Positions 1 through 12,420 of a stretch of DNA of 64,000 nt are shown piece after piece. A model generated the notes under the pieces. That model saw only the letters and a program-made list of their open reading frames with translations. It ran no database searches and was not told the origin of the DNA. This DNA is from Octopus bimaculoides (lineage: Eukaryota). The stretch is from positions 32,404,817-32,468,816 of the forward strand of contig NC_069004.1 of the NCBI RefSeq assembly GCF_001194135.2, written 5' to 3'. Made by a program: the position numbers and the translations under genes. Numbering within the stretch: position 1 is the stretch's first letter; each line of letters opens with the position of its first letter.

Positions 1-140
1 TGCAGGCATAGCTGTGTGGTTAGAGGCTTGTTCCCCAGTCACGTGGTTCTGGGTTCATAGCACCTTGGACAAGTGTCTTCCCTGAAACCTTGTGAGTGGA
101 TTTGGAAGACAAAAACTAAAAGAAGCCTGTCGTATATATA
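1..140 (+). mobile_element. tRNA-derived SINE family A, 5' portion
   Basis: Head GCTGTGTGGTTAG...GGTTCTGGGTTC, body CCTTGTGAGTGGATTTGG...AAGAAGCCTGTCG, then (TA)(TG)n; matches the full copy at 36941-37347. Confidence 0.8.
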
Positions 141-153
141 TGTGTGTGTGTGT

Positions 154-338
154 GTTCTTTTACTTGTTTCAGCCTTTTGACTATGGCCATACTGGAGTAC
201 CACCTTGAAGGGTTGTACTTGAACAAATTGACTTATTTTTTAATCCCAGCACTTATTCTATCAGTCTCTTTTGCTGAACCGCTAAGTTACAGGGATGTAA
301 ACACACCAACACCAGTAGTCAAGCGGTGATTGGGGGAA

Positions 339-374
<36 letters not shown>

Positions 375-538
375 ACAGGCTTCTTTCAGTTTCTGTCTAC
401 CAAATCGACTCAAAAGGCTTTGAGTGACCTGGGGGCTCTATTAGAAGACACTTGCCCAAGGTGACATGCAGTGGAACTGAAACTGGAACCCTGTGGTTGG
501 TAAGCAAGCTTCTTCCCACATGGCCATATCTGCACTTA
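154..538 (-). mobile_element. SINE family A, near full length
   Basis: Reverse complement of the family A consensus, including internal (CA)n and the 3' module GTTTCAG..TTGACT..GGCCAT..CTGGAG. Confidence 0.85.
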
Positions 539-606
539 TAGTCTTATTTACAATGACTAATTGTTGTTTTTTTGTTATTTTCATTTTTTTATTTTCTCTG
601 TTGCAG

Positions 607-1719
607 GAAAAAGAACAGAAAAAGACAAACGAAGTTTCAGGCAATCAAAGATCCAAAAACCCAAAGAATGCTGATGTTTCTTCTAGCAAAAAACCCACTG
701 CAAATAACGGTGAGTCTGCTAAAGACCAAATTTCGGGGCAAGCAGCACCAGATGCGGGAGTAGGGAATTCAACATCATCCTCCAAGAACTCTGATCAAAA
801 GAACACCACTGACGTTGCGGGAGAGAAGAAAGCCACTGACGAACCAAAGAACTCAAAGACAGTCAGGAAACCTGATGAATCCCTTGTAGACAATCATGCC
901 AACACACCACCAGCACAGCAAATCTTTTCCCAAAAAGAATCAAATAAACAGGTCGGAGATGGTAGTTCATCCGCCTCTTCAAAAGCATTCGATAATGATG
1001 GTGGAGCTGCTCAGAATGATGCCAAGGATAATGATGACCGAGTTGAGAGTCCAAAGGTAGAACCAACGAAAGATGGCAAAGCTGAAACTAATGACAGCAA
1101 TGCCAAAGCAGATGACCAAAGAATATCCGACAATCGAACATTAGACAATGAAACTCCCATGTCTGAACCCAATGCAGTTGAGAAGGATCCTTTTGAAAGC
1201 TCTGTTTCACCTGTAGATGGCGCTGTTGAAAGAGAAGATTCTTTGTTGAGTAACAATACAAAGACTGATGACAATCTGAACGCTAAACAACCTGAACAGG
1301 AGACAGACGAAAAGAATGCTCAAAACATTCTAGGTTCATCTGGAGACAAAAGCAATACAAAAGACACTGAAGAACTGGATAAACCCTTGAGTCCACAGGA
1401 ACGAGATGTCATAAACAGCCCACCGATTGAGTCAAGTGTTGATCGAGAGCGCTCACCATCGGTACAATCTCCGCCGCTTTCAGAATCCCTTACGAGCGAC
1501 CAGTTGTCGGAGAACAAGGCTCAAGAGAGCAACAGCAGTGAAGTTCCGAAAGATGATAATAATGCTTTGAACAGCAGTCAAGATATGAATAACGTAGCAG
1601 ACATTCAACAGAATGAAAACCACAACAACACCGGGAATTCCAAAGAACTGGAGAAGCAATCAAATTCAAATGCTGATGAGACAAATCCACCCAAAGTCCC
1701 AGCTTCAACTAATGGCTAA
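607..1719 (+). CDS. Terminal coding exon of a gene starting upstream of the window; about 370 aa acidic, Ser/Asn/Asp/Glu/Lys-rich, probably disordered C-terminus; product unidentified
   Basis: Polypyrimidine tract and TTGCAG|G acceptor at 606/607, in phase 0 with an ORF open to TAA 1717-1719. No Cys, Trp or Tyr and several SP/TP motifs. AATAAA at 1740-1745. The ORF-track start at 493 lies in SINE/intron sequence and is probably not real. Confidence 0.75.
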   Translation, partial: EKEQKKTNEVSGNQRSKNPKNADVSSSKKPTANNGESAKDQISGQAAPDAGVGNSTSSSKNSDQKNTTDVAGEKKATDEPKNSKTVRKPDESLVDNHANTPPAQQIFSQKESNKQVGDGSSSASSKAFDNDGGAAQNDAKDNDDRVESPKVEPTKDGKAETNDSNAKADDQRISDNRTLDNETPMSEPNAVEKDPFESSVSPVDGAVEREDSLLSNNTKTDDNLNAKQPEQETDEKNAQNILGSSGDKSNTKDTEELDKPLSPQERDVINSPPIESSVDRERSPSVQSPPLSESLTSDQLSENKAQESNSSEVPKDDNNALNSSQDMNNVADIQQNENHNNTGNSKELEKQSNSNADETNPPKVPASTNG

Positions 1720-1730
1720 ACACACCACAA

Positions 1731-1788
1731 CATATATATAATAAATATATATATATATAAGTACATACATATGTGTATATATATATAT

Positions 1789-1837
<49 letters not shown>

Positions 1838-1879
1838 CACATACATATGTGTATGCATAAATATATGTGTGCGTATGTA

Positions 1880-1915
<36 letters not shown>

Positions 1916-1961
1916 CACACACATATATACACACATACTTATGTTTGTAGGTATTCTCTTC

Positions 1962-2002
<41 letters not shown>

Positions 2003-2005
2003 AAT
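1731..2005. repeat. Compound (TA)n/(TG)n and (AAT)n microsatellite
   Basis: Seen directly, immediately after the stop codon. Confidence 0.95.
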
Positions 2006-2199
2006 ATAAACCTAGCTTAGCCTTCTGTTATCTATACGGCTAATCTTGCATGTTAGGTTGGCCGACATATTTTGGATTGCTGCTCTGCATGTCTTTTACT
2101 GATATATTTTGGATTTTGTTTTTCATATTTTGCTTCCTCGACTGGGAAAGGTCTGGGAGAGTATCTGGGTATTTATTGCTTATATGGTGCTTTTTTTTC

Positions 2200-2293
<94 letters not shown>

Positions 2294-3455
2294 TTTTAGC
2301 AAAACAAAAAAATCCAGACTTGATGTTCTTTCTAGTGTTTGTGTTTGTATATATATATGTTTGTGTATGTATACATATATATATGTTTATGTGTGTGTGT
2401 GCATGTATAGAAACCATACCAAAACAGGCACTGGAGTATGCTGCGGCCTTCAGACTTGTTGAATCCTCTCAAACAATCCAACCCATTCCAGCATGGAAAA
2501 TGGACATTAAAAGAGGATGATGATGATGAGGAGGAGAAGGAGGATGTATACAGATATTGCAATATTACAGCTTTTTCCACCATCATTATTAGAAATACGC
2601 AACACTATATAATAGTATAAAATAAATACTACATAGCCTGAGATTCTGGTTGACCGATCACTAGTATGTCATTCGAGTTAGTTAAATCTACCAATTTTGG
2701 TGGTCAAGAATCGGGACATCACTATGGTGATGACTGAAACAAGTAAAAGATAGATGCATGCGAGGTAGCACAGAATGCAAAGAGACTGATGGTGATCCGT
2801 GTCGGTAAGGCTTATGTTTTTTTTTTTTACAAAAAATCAACAAAAAGTCTATAGTGAAATTATTGTTGGGGCACTGAAAAGTCTAATGTTTCAGACAAAA
2901 TTCTTCCTCAGGGAAAAGCTAATGGGAGCGAAATTAAAGGAAAACAGTAGAGTTTTACATCTTCTGTGTTTAAGAAACTGGCTGCCACTGATGAAGAGCT
3001 TAAGGTTCTATGCTGATTTAAAGAGATCATCTAGTTCAGTCAACTGAATTATCTCCCCACCATTACTTGACATCCAATGCTGGTGTGTTTACATCCCCAT
3101 AACTTAGCAGTTTGGTAAAAGAGACCGATAGAATAAGTACTAGGCTTACAAAGAATAAGTCCTGGGGTCGATTTGTTCAAATAAAAGTAGTGCTCCAGCA
3201 TGGCTGCAGTCAAATGATTGAAACAAGTAAAAGAATAAAAGAATACACACGTACACACACACATACATATATCAATCTTCCTTGGTTTCCGTGGCCTGAA
3301 TTCTCCTCACAAGGTAATTGGTTAACCTGTGGTTATTAATATATAAAATTTCAATATATTTCTAATTAGTTAATTTGCTTCCTCAGCTGCCATTTTCAAT
3401 GATATGGAAAAGTTACCAAGAAAAGAAATACTACAATAATTTATATATATATATA

Positions 3456-3515
<60 letters not shown>

Positions 3516-3518
3516 TAT

Positions 3519-4785
3519 TGTTGGTTTGGTCAAAAAAACTGTTTGGTTTTTGTTGACATTAAACTTCAAGCACTCAAGTAAGTTGCTAACTTTAGTCTGT
3601 CTCTTGCACATGCACACTCGTTAGATGCTGAACACTTCAACATAGTTTGATGTGGACTTGCAACAAGACAGGCTCTATTTTGTATGCTTATGGTTATCTT
3701 GAGAATAGAGAGCCAAAATTAACATTATTGGCACTGCATGCCTTTGTTTTTAAAATGGGAAGGACAGTGGTGGGAACCTGCAGAAAGGTATATGTTACAG
3801 AAAGAATGCTGTTGCAGGACATGTGCCAGAAGTGGTTTTCAAGGTTTCAATTGGTTCAAGATACACCACACACTGGCTGCCCGACTGAGATTAACTGCGA
3901 CAAAATGAAGGAATTAGTTGACACCAACTCCTGTTATATGACCAGGATGATCACAGATAGACTCCAAATATCTAAATTGAGTGTTGCAAACCATTTGCAT
4001 CAATTCAGTTACATCAGCAAGTTCGATGCCTGGGTCCCACATCAGTTGAATGAGGATAAACTTGCCAAACTGATGTCCATTATACGAACGGGAAGAAAAC
4101 AATCCTTTTTTTTTTTTTAAGAGAATAGGGATGGGGGGGGGGATGGATTGTCTATAACAATGTGAAGCACAAACGATCCTGGAGGAAACAGGGTGAACCA
4201 TCACAAACAACCTTCAAAGCAGGATTTCACCTGAAGAAGGTTAGGATTTCAGTTTGTTGTAATTGGAAGAGAGTGGTCATTTATGAGCTTCTTTCCATGA
4301 ACAGGGCCATCAATTCACATATGTAACTGTGACCAGCTGGACAAATTAAATGCAGCGATCCACCTGACCAGATCCAGCACTTGCTAATCGTAAGGGCATC
4401 ATCTTTCATCACGACAGTGCCAGACTGCAGACTTCTTTGCAGATGCAGCAGAAATTACTGGGGATCGGAGGGGAAGGTTTTGCCACACCCACCATATTCA
4501 CCTGACCTTACACCTTCAGAGTCCCACCTGTTTTGGTCTCTTCAAAATTCATTGAATGGACAAACCTTCATCTCTGAAGTGAATATAAAAATTCGTCTGG
4601 AAGAATCCTTTACCAAGAAAGACAGGAAATTCTTTGAGTGAGGCATAATAAATCTGTCCACAAAATGTCTGAAGATATTGGTACAAAATGGTAATTATAT
4701 CAGTGATTGAATAAATCACTTCGTGTTTAAAACTTGTGGCTTATTTTCGCTTAAAAACTGAATGGACTTTGAGGTCAACCCAGCA
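3519..4785 (+). mobile_element. Full-length degenerate mariner DNA transposon (about 1.27 kb)
   Basis: Degenerate TIRs at 3519-3551 (TGTTGGTTTGGTCAAAAAAACTGTTTGGTTTTT) and 4753-4785 (reverse complement TGCTGGGTTGACCTCAAAGTCCATTCAGTTTTT). Internal transposase motifs are described in the next feature. Confidence 0.85.
3690..4690 (+). pseudogene. Mariner transposase pseudogene
   Basis: QKWFSRF helix-turn-helix region, WVPHQL (WVPHEL motif), WIVYNNVKHKRSW, HDSAR (HDNARPH), PPYSPDLTPSESHLF (YSPDLAPSDYHLF). Frameshifts, a poly-G-corrupted first catalytic Asp region, and third Asp changed to Glu. Confidence 0.9.
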
Positions 4786-5063
4786 CATAATTTTCAGAAA
4801 CAAATATTTCAGAGGCTCGGTTTTGTTTTATCCCATGTAGAAATTATCTCCCATGGACACAGGCTCTGATTTTAAACTTTTATTGGAAATAGTCAAACAC
4901 AGACATAATGTCATTCATCACATACACACACACACGCACGGAAACTGAAACTTCGAAGTCAGAGCTTATTTGCAAGGGAGATAATTCCTAAAGGACTTTT
5001 CCGTAAACAAAACTGTTCACTCCTTGTGTTTATCAACCCTTACATTCTGGAAAAATAAAAGAT

Positions 5064-5109
<46 letters not shown>

Positions 5110-5113
<4 letters not shown>

Positions 5114-7860
5114 TAAGTGACAGACAGAGAGCATTTGTTTAATTGCAAGTCCCTGAACAATTTCCATTAAATTGATACTCTGGACAAGATGAGAGTTCCA
5201 GCCTGGTGATGCAGACTGTAAGTCATGTATAGCTTTAAATAGAGAACTGGTGGACAAATGTCAGAGGTCTTAGTTGAGTGACGCCAAGGCATTTTCGGTG
5301 TTTTTGACAATTTTAGATATGAGGTTCATCCATCACTGGTCATTGCTGATGATTATTTCCCAGGTCACATTTACCAGAAAACTTCTTAAGATTGGTGTTG
5401 GGGAGGAAGTTGGTAAGTTCCTAGTATTTTCTTCCTGAAGTATACTGTGATGTACTTGTCCAGAGTTGTCAGTGAGTAATCCATTGCTGAATTGTGTCCA
5501 GGTCAGATCCAAGAAAGATCTATGGCATATAAGGATCATTTTTTAAAATCTTCATGTACAGTTTAATGTCATCTACGTGTTCTAATACAGTAACATGCTT
5601 CAAGTTGGCATCTATTTTATTAATATATACAACAGACTACAGGGGGCCAAGGACAGATCCTTGCAAGACACCAGATGTCATTGCATAACTGCAGAATGTT
5701 TTTCTAGTACTGCAACCACCTCTTTTTCAGCTGAAAATAAAGAATGTCAACCAGTTATAAACGTGAGTCCTTCACACAGAGAAGCTAATGTTTATTGAGT
5801 CAGTTGCATGGCACAGAATTAAAGGCTTTGGCAAAGTCAAGAGAGAGAACATCAACTCATGAGATGCCGTCTGTGATTCAGGTTATGTCTTTAAGAAACT
5901 TGATGAGTTGGTCAGAGTGGCTGGAGTTAGAAATAAATTGAAACTGTGAGGGTTGAATAAGGTTATGAGAGTTCTGAACTATCTCTCTCTGACATCAGAT
6001 CTTGAATTTGGTGACACCACTTGTGAGACTGACTGGATGGTAATTAACAGGTGATGTGTGATCACTCTTTGAATGGAAATAAAGCTGGCAGTTTTCCACC
6101 GTTCTGGGTTAAAACTGTTATTAAGTCAGAATTGGAAAGAGTGAAAGCTCGTGCAGCAGAAAGAGGCTGCTACATTTAAGAAGCAGACAACACCATGGAG
6201 ACCAGAGGAAATGTAGTTGTTTATATGTTTGAATTGATATCCCAGCTTCGTGGGAGTAAATCCAACAGATTTTATGGAATTGGATGCCAGTAGCAGTAAA
6301 GATTGTATGTTTGGATATCCAACAGCAAAAATGCTAGCATGGCATTTGGCAGTAAGTTCTGTGCCCCCTTTAGGATCATCATTCATCTGATCTGTGTGGG
6401 ATTCATGAAGAGGGCCAACTGGAGAATGAGGCCTTTGTTTTCAACACACATTTTTCCAGAACACTTTCAAGGTTTGTCGTTATTTAAGTCTGCTTTTTTA
6501 GTCACCTGCATGATATGCTCCATTGCACTGTCTTTTTCTTTTATCTTCTGTTCTCTGTAATCTGCAATCATATTCAGCATCTCGCCATTCTTTCTTGGCA
6601 AGAGAAACTGCTACAGTCTCTCAAACTGCACTTTTCGGGGTTTATAACTGATGCTTTGCATGTGGTCTACGTTGGATTAAGGATATGCTGAAGAGTGGTA
6701 TTGGCATTTTCAGAATGGATAAATTCAAGTCAATTTGGAAGCTGTAGCTCAGTGCAATAGAAGTTCCAGTCAAAGTGAGCAGTTTGGAGGTGGTGGTTAC
6801 TTTTTCTGGAGTCACCTAAAATTCCCTGATAGTCATGCTGATAACAATTTCTGGTGCAATAGTAAACAGCAGGTCCAAAGTGATTTTTACCTCTTGTCGG
6901 GGAGGTGGTTGGTGAGGGACAGTGACTATTTGGGACCAGTGTGAATCCATCTCTAAATCAAGGAAATCATTTACACTTTGTGATTAGGGAAAGGTTTTCT
7001 AATCAATCTCTGGGTATCTGAAATCACCAGCAATAAAACAATCAATGAAGTTTTGAGAATGCCAAAAAGTTGAGTCTTGGTGGTCGTTTGGGGAACAGTA
7101 AACAACTCTCAAATACAAGTGTTGACATGTTTATATGAATGTTGCCAAAAAATACCTCTTGTGACTGATTCAAATTGCTGCTAAGGAATTGCTGGAAAGC
7201 TTGAGTGAAACCAGTCACCAAATCATCCCTATAGTGACTGAAGTGGTCTTTGTGAAACAAGTTCAAAGCAAGCCATACTAATATCTTTGCAATACCAAAA
7301 ATACCCCTGCAAAGGTAAAAATGTAACTTTGAGTGTAATGAACTGAGGATAACCGCTTGAAACATAGGGGTGGAAAGGTGGAACTTGTTGCATAAACTAA
7401 TACTTTATATCTGGATTTAAGCCCATCATGAGAACGAGTATGGCATATAATTCTAATTCTTGTTTAGTTTCCCAGGGTTGTTATCTTGCTGCTAAATTGT
7501 TGGTTTGATATCTTTAAAACCAGCTTACATTCTTTTTTCCCATGTCACCAGACTTGACAGATTTCCAGCTCTGTCCATTATCAAGTAGACTAAAACCCTT
7601 CTGTGGTGCTCAGTTATGATTCAAGGAAGCTACAAAGTGTAGCTTTGGACGTATATCAGGCGATAAACCAGGACAAGTTCAGTACATGATAAGGTTCTCA
7701 TGCTTAGCTTTATCAGAGGCTCAATGATATCCATGCATTGTTGGTAGAATGTAAGAAGATCAATCTTAATCTGACTTGTTTGGCTTTGGATCTCGTTTCG
7801 TCTGAGGTTGAGAACATTTCAGGGAGGGAACTCCTTGGACAAGCTGTTGGAGTATGCCTG
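5110..7860 (-). mobile_element. Degraded CR1/L2-type LINE ORF2 (endonuclease-RT) remnant
   Basis: Minus-strand translation gives VDVLSLDFAKAFNSVP, SGVLQGSVLGPL, EHVDDIKLY (YADD), SASPGWNSHLVQSINLMEIVQ and a WKTA motif, with many stops and frameshifts. The upstream boundary is approximate. Confidence 0.85.
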
Positions 7861-7882
7861 TATGCATCAGTGCGTGTATATA

Positions 7883-8078
7883 TAGGATCTGTCCAAAAAT
7901 TGCATACACACTTCAGGAAAGGAAAATTCTGTATAAATACCAATATAGATATAGATGCTTCTTTTGATGTTTTATCAAATTGCCATAATACTGAATAAAT
8001 TGCACCAAAACTGAATTAAAATATTTATACAGATTTTTCCTTTCTTGAAGTGTATATACATTCTTTTGGCAGACTCTG
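7883..8078. mobile_element. Tc1/mariner-type MITE with about 58-bp TIRs and TA target duplication
   Basis: Left TAGGATCTGTCCAAAAATTGCATACACACTTCAGGAAAGGAAAATTCTGTATAAATA versus right reverse complement CAGAGTCTGCCAAAAGAATGTATATACACTTCAAGAAAGGAAAAATCTGTATAAATA. TA flanks at 7881-82 and 8079-80. Confidence 0.8.
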
Positions 8079-9159
8079 TATTTGTGTGTTCGTTTGTGTG
8101 TGTGTGGCAGCGACCACGCACACACATGCATATATTTATATGTTTATATCTGCATAACAATATACATATATGTTTGTATAGGCTAAATATAGGCCACTAT
8201 ATACAGTGTATAGGGGAAGATATTTATTACTCCAGGTGCTATATTTAACTATTATTCTATAGACTAAACGCACCTCATTTTACTGTTCACATCTGTTTGC
8301 TTTTCGTCAATGTTGTTGCCCATTTTTATGGGACACACCTATATTTTATGTTTATAATGCTGCATGCTGTGTCTTTATAGGCAATATAGCCTGATTCCTA
8401 TTTCTATAGGCTGCACACATGTATAGGCTACATTGTTTTGTGTTAATATAGATAGCTTATGCATTGATTCTGTTAGATGGTTTATTGAATTTTTTTGGCT
8501 AATATACTCTGTCTGTCTGTGTCTGTCATTGACTCTCTCTCTCTCTCTCTATCTCTCTCATGTATGCACACACATATACAAAACAGAAACATGCACACAA
8601 GCATACACATACATGTAAATATCTGTTCCTGTGTTGTGGTATCATATGATATTATAATATATTATATCTTCTTTATATTTCCAGGCAGTGAAGGTGATTT
8701 GATCGAAGATTTGTAACTTCTACAGGCTCCATGCAAAGACAGTTAATTCATTTGTTTCCATCACACCTTTTTGCTCCCCTCCTCTCCCTCTACTCCCCCT
8801 CTCTCTCCTTCCTGCATATGTTCCTCTTCTTATCTCTCTGACTCTTACATATCTCTTTGTCTCTCCACCTTGCTTGCGGTTTCTTTCTCTCTCTCTCTCT
8901 CACACACACACTTGTCAAAGTCTGAAGAATATTGAAGAACAGGATATTTTACTTGTGACAACTAACAATACCATTAGCTACCACCACTACAACACCAATG
9001 CTGTTATGAATGTTGTGAAGAAAACTTTGGGATTAAAACAAAAATAAATGGAAAAAAAAAAGACAAACTCATAATTAATCATTTTGTACAAAATTGCCTG
9101 AGGCCATTCCTGAGTCTATGATACAAACTTTCTGTTCTGGAATTTGTATCATAGAAAAC

Positions 9160-9479
9160 CATAACCTTCCATAAAATTTTCATGTTAATTTATGTTCCAA
9201 ACACCAGATTAATTATTTAAAATTATTTTATTAAATTCTTCATTATTTTCAAAATGAATTAACACAAACGTAGAGTATTCCCACAGAAATATGGTAACAA
9301 AAGGGTTAAAGTGATCTAAATTAAAATCTTCCATCAGAATTTCATGTTAATTCATGTTCCAAATTCTAACTTAATAACGACAAAGCTATTGTCCTAAATC
9401 CTTCGTTATTTCCAAAATTAATTGAAATAAAGGTAATTGTATTTCTAAAGAAATCGGGTAACAATAGGGTTAAAGTGAT
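9160..9479. repeat. Tandem units of about 164 bp ending in GGGTTAA (piggyBac-like terminus)
   Basis: GGGTTAAAGTGAT at 9303 and 9467; internal motif CATGTTAATTyATGTTCCAAA repeated; same family at 35240-35580. Confidence 0.7.
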
Positions 9480-10364
9480 AATGAATGAGAATAAAACCAA
9501 AAACATACAAAAACCTTCGATGGAAACAGAAGTTGAGTTTTTGGTATTCTGTTTCTTTTTCTTATTATATTTTTTAAAATCAAGAAATAATAAACATTAT
9601 TATAAAGAAATTTTTGTTCTTGTTATTTCAATATGGTTCGAGAGTGGTAGGTTACCAAGAACTAGGACGGTGGATAATAGAAGTGATACGGCCCCTTTAT
9701 CGTTTTGGTTGGTTACGAGTTCTCACACGTGAGGTTGGAAAGAAGAAGACCAAGCATGCTCTGTTGGATGTGTAAGGTTACACTGGGACGTATATATCTG
9801 TAGTGGTCTCCACTTTCCTTTGATGTGTTAAGCACGTGCTTATTTCGCTCAATGGTTAATCCAGCGTTGGATTAACTACAAACAATAATAACCATTCAGT
9901 TGTTTTTTTCTGAAATTTCTTCACGCGAAGCAATGACTAAGGGAAGCAACTCAGTTGTTACTCAGCACACAAAACACTAATAAGCAGTTTGGAGTTGAAA
10001 AGTATATTCATAAAAAGCATTGTTGTGGTGTTCAGTTTTTCGAAACTACACTGAATATGAAGATCTACTGATATAGGACTCAGTGATAAGCGCTAAACAC
10101 AATCCCAGAACAACAAACCGTAAACAAGTGTCATTTTAATTCACATTTCAACGTTCTTCTACGATATACGAGAGATAACTCTAATTCATTTTTGCGAACT
10201 TTAGCTTTCAGAAATGTTAAGTGGACAGCGGACAAAATACTAAGTTAATATGATTGCAGCAATCACTAATAATACGTAGTTTCTTCGTTGGAACCAGATT
10301 CCGATGGAATTTCAATAGAATTCAGTCAATTCGACCGTTCGGATATTTAATATTTCATACAAGT

Positions 10365-10582
10365 AAGGCGGTGAGCTGGCAGAAACGTTAGCACGCCGGA
10401 CGAAATGCTTAGCGGTATTTCGTTTGTCGTTACGTTCTGAGTTCAAATTCCGCCGAGGTCGGCTTTGTTTTTCATCCTTTCGGGGTCGATAAATTTACTA
10501 CCAGTTGCGTATTGGGATCGATGTAATCGACTGGCTCCCCTCCCCCAAAATTTCGGGCCTTGTGCCAAGTGTAGAAAAGAAT
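10365..10582 (+). mobile_element. tRNA-derived SINE family B, young full copy
   Basis: Head AAGGCGGTGAGCTGGCAGAAACGTTAG, B-box GAGTTCAAATTCC, core TTTCATCCTTTCGGGGTCGATAAA, tail GGCCTTGTGCC. Confidence 0.9.
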
Positions 10583-11430
10583 ATTTCATACAAGTATAAT
10601 GAGGAAGAGTGTTTAGTAAGTTGACATAATCTTTAGCTCGTAAATTAATTATATGCATTAAACTGTCCATGCAAAACATCTGTGTGTCCAGACAGCCATT
10701 CAAGAAGAGATTGTGCCGTTGACAAGCGAAGATGAAAGTGTAAATNNNNNNNNNNNNNNNNNNNNNNNNNNNNNNNNNNNNNNNNNNNNNNNNNNNNNNN
10801 NNNNNNNNNNNNNNNNNNNNNNNNNNNNNNNNNNNNNNNNNNNNNNNNNNNNNNNNNNNNNNNNNNNNNNNNNNNNNNNNNNNNNNNNNNNNNNNNNNNN
10901 NNNNNNNNNNNNNNNNNNNNNNNNNNNNNNNNNNNNNTGATGAAATTTTCTACAAATACTTCTCAGGTGATGTATGTTCCTATTATATCAGAATTGTAGG
11001 TGGAAAAAAATGGTGAATGCGCATGCATACGGACATCTGAGTGGATTGAAGCTGGAACACCAGACACGAAGAGTATTTTTTAAAAAAAGAGCAATTACTC
11101 TGGGAGCTGCGATATTTGAAAGCGTGACGTCAAAAGAAAGCTTGACTTGTTTTAGGGGTTGTTTTTAGGCACAAAAGCAGCAGTTTTGTGAAGAGGATGG
11201 TCGATACCATTTGACTGGTACTTTAATCTTATTGAAAGACAAAATCGACCTTGGCAGGATTTGAACTCAGAATATGAGGAGCTGGAAAACATTGGCCACA
11301 AACAAACGACGGTAAGAATTATATGAGAGGAGAGGAATTTTGAAGTTGATGCTGAGGTTGTGTGAAATCGTTAAATTTATCATGTAGAGGATGTTAGAAT
11401 CGTAGTTTCAACGGTGCATTCGTCTCAAGA

Positions 11431-11616
11431 TTTATTTTAATATCTTCCAATGAAAAGTAGCTAATTATTATTCGATTTGATAGGCTGGTAAATGATTTCA
11501 CGATGTTGCCGAGAGTTACGGAATTTTGAATTCAGGTGACGTTGTTCTAGAGGAGCACCTTGCAAGAGCATCCGGCACTTGTTTAATCTTGGCCAGTTCT
11601 GTGTGGCTATCGTAGC
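11431..11616 (-). CDS. Candidate terminal exon of a minus-strand transcript
   Basis: Long pyrimidine tract and CCAG|G acceptor at 11617/11616. The phase-1 frame reads (G)YDSHTELAKIKQVPDALARCSSRTTSPEFKIP* (TAA 11516-18); the phase-0 frame is also open for 51 aa. AATAAA on - at 11431-11436. Frame unresolved. Confidence 0.35.
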
Positions 11617-12181
11617 CTGGTTGAGAAAGCGGAGGGGAGAAAACAAAAATAGAGACAGAAACAGCGAGTGAAGGCTATCAAATGTCTACAATCTCAATTT
11701 CTCAAGGAAAACGTGTTTTATAATAAGACTTATATTAATTAATATATGGTCTTGTATAGTAATGTAATATGAAGCCAATAATATTAATACAAGGCCTGTA
11801 TTAATATAAAACCTTAATATTAATAATAAGCCTGATATTATTAATGTGTGAATAGCTTAGGGTTGAGAGAACACTATTGTAATTCTTAATTCAAGAAGCC
11901 TCCTTGACGCCAAATCTGGATTTAAGTAGCTTCATTTGTGTTTCATTTTTCTTTTACTTTTCTCTTCTCGGTTCTCAGAACAATTCAGGATATTGTGGGT
12001 TCGCGTGTGACTGATGTAGATGGGTGCAGTTTCAAATCCTGATTGGCTTCTTCCAGCAGGTGTTTCTTAACAACGTACAGAAACTAATTTGTATCAATAC
12101 CTTGCGTCTTCTCTATTAAATAAACTGAGATGCCAGGACAGAATTGTTTAAAGTGGAACTATTCCGGTGTCAAATCGCGAT

Positions 12182-12420
12182 ACCCCGTTTTCCGGACGGA
12201 ATAATATTTTGTGGCATATTAGGTCACTGTAATTCATTCAACGAAAAGAAAAACCATTTTCCAATGATTTCGGGAAGGCGGGGATGAAATTTTCGACGGT
12301 TTCACCCCGTTTTCCTGACAACAAAAGCGTTTTGTGGCATTACAGATCACCATAATTCATTTAACGGGAAAAAAAAATTCCAATAATTTCAAGGGAGTGG
12401 GGTTCCGGTTTCACCCCACT
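12182..12420. repeat. Tandem duplication of about 120 bp, each unit ending in a GC-rich hairpin plus T-run
   Basis: ACCCCGTTTTCC..TTTTGTGGCAT..TAATTCATT..AACG repeated at 12182 and 12304; hairpins at 12278-12310 and 12396-12420. Confidence 0.7.

Noticed and set aside
493-606. Hydrophobic N-terminus of the 408-aa ORF resembling a signal peptide or TM helix
   Set aside because: It is encoded by the end of a minus-strand SINE and the T-rich polypyrimidine tract; a splice acceptor at 606 explains the true exon start
11979-12085. Exon-like readings on both strands (TIQDIVGSRVTDVDGCSFKS* on +; FLYVVKKHLLEEANQDLKLH on -) and a CCAAT/Inr-like pair
   Set aside because: Mutually exclusive interpretations with weak or missing splice partners; cannot be chosen from sequence alone
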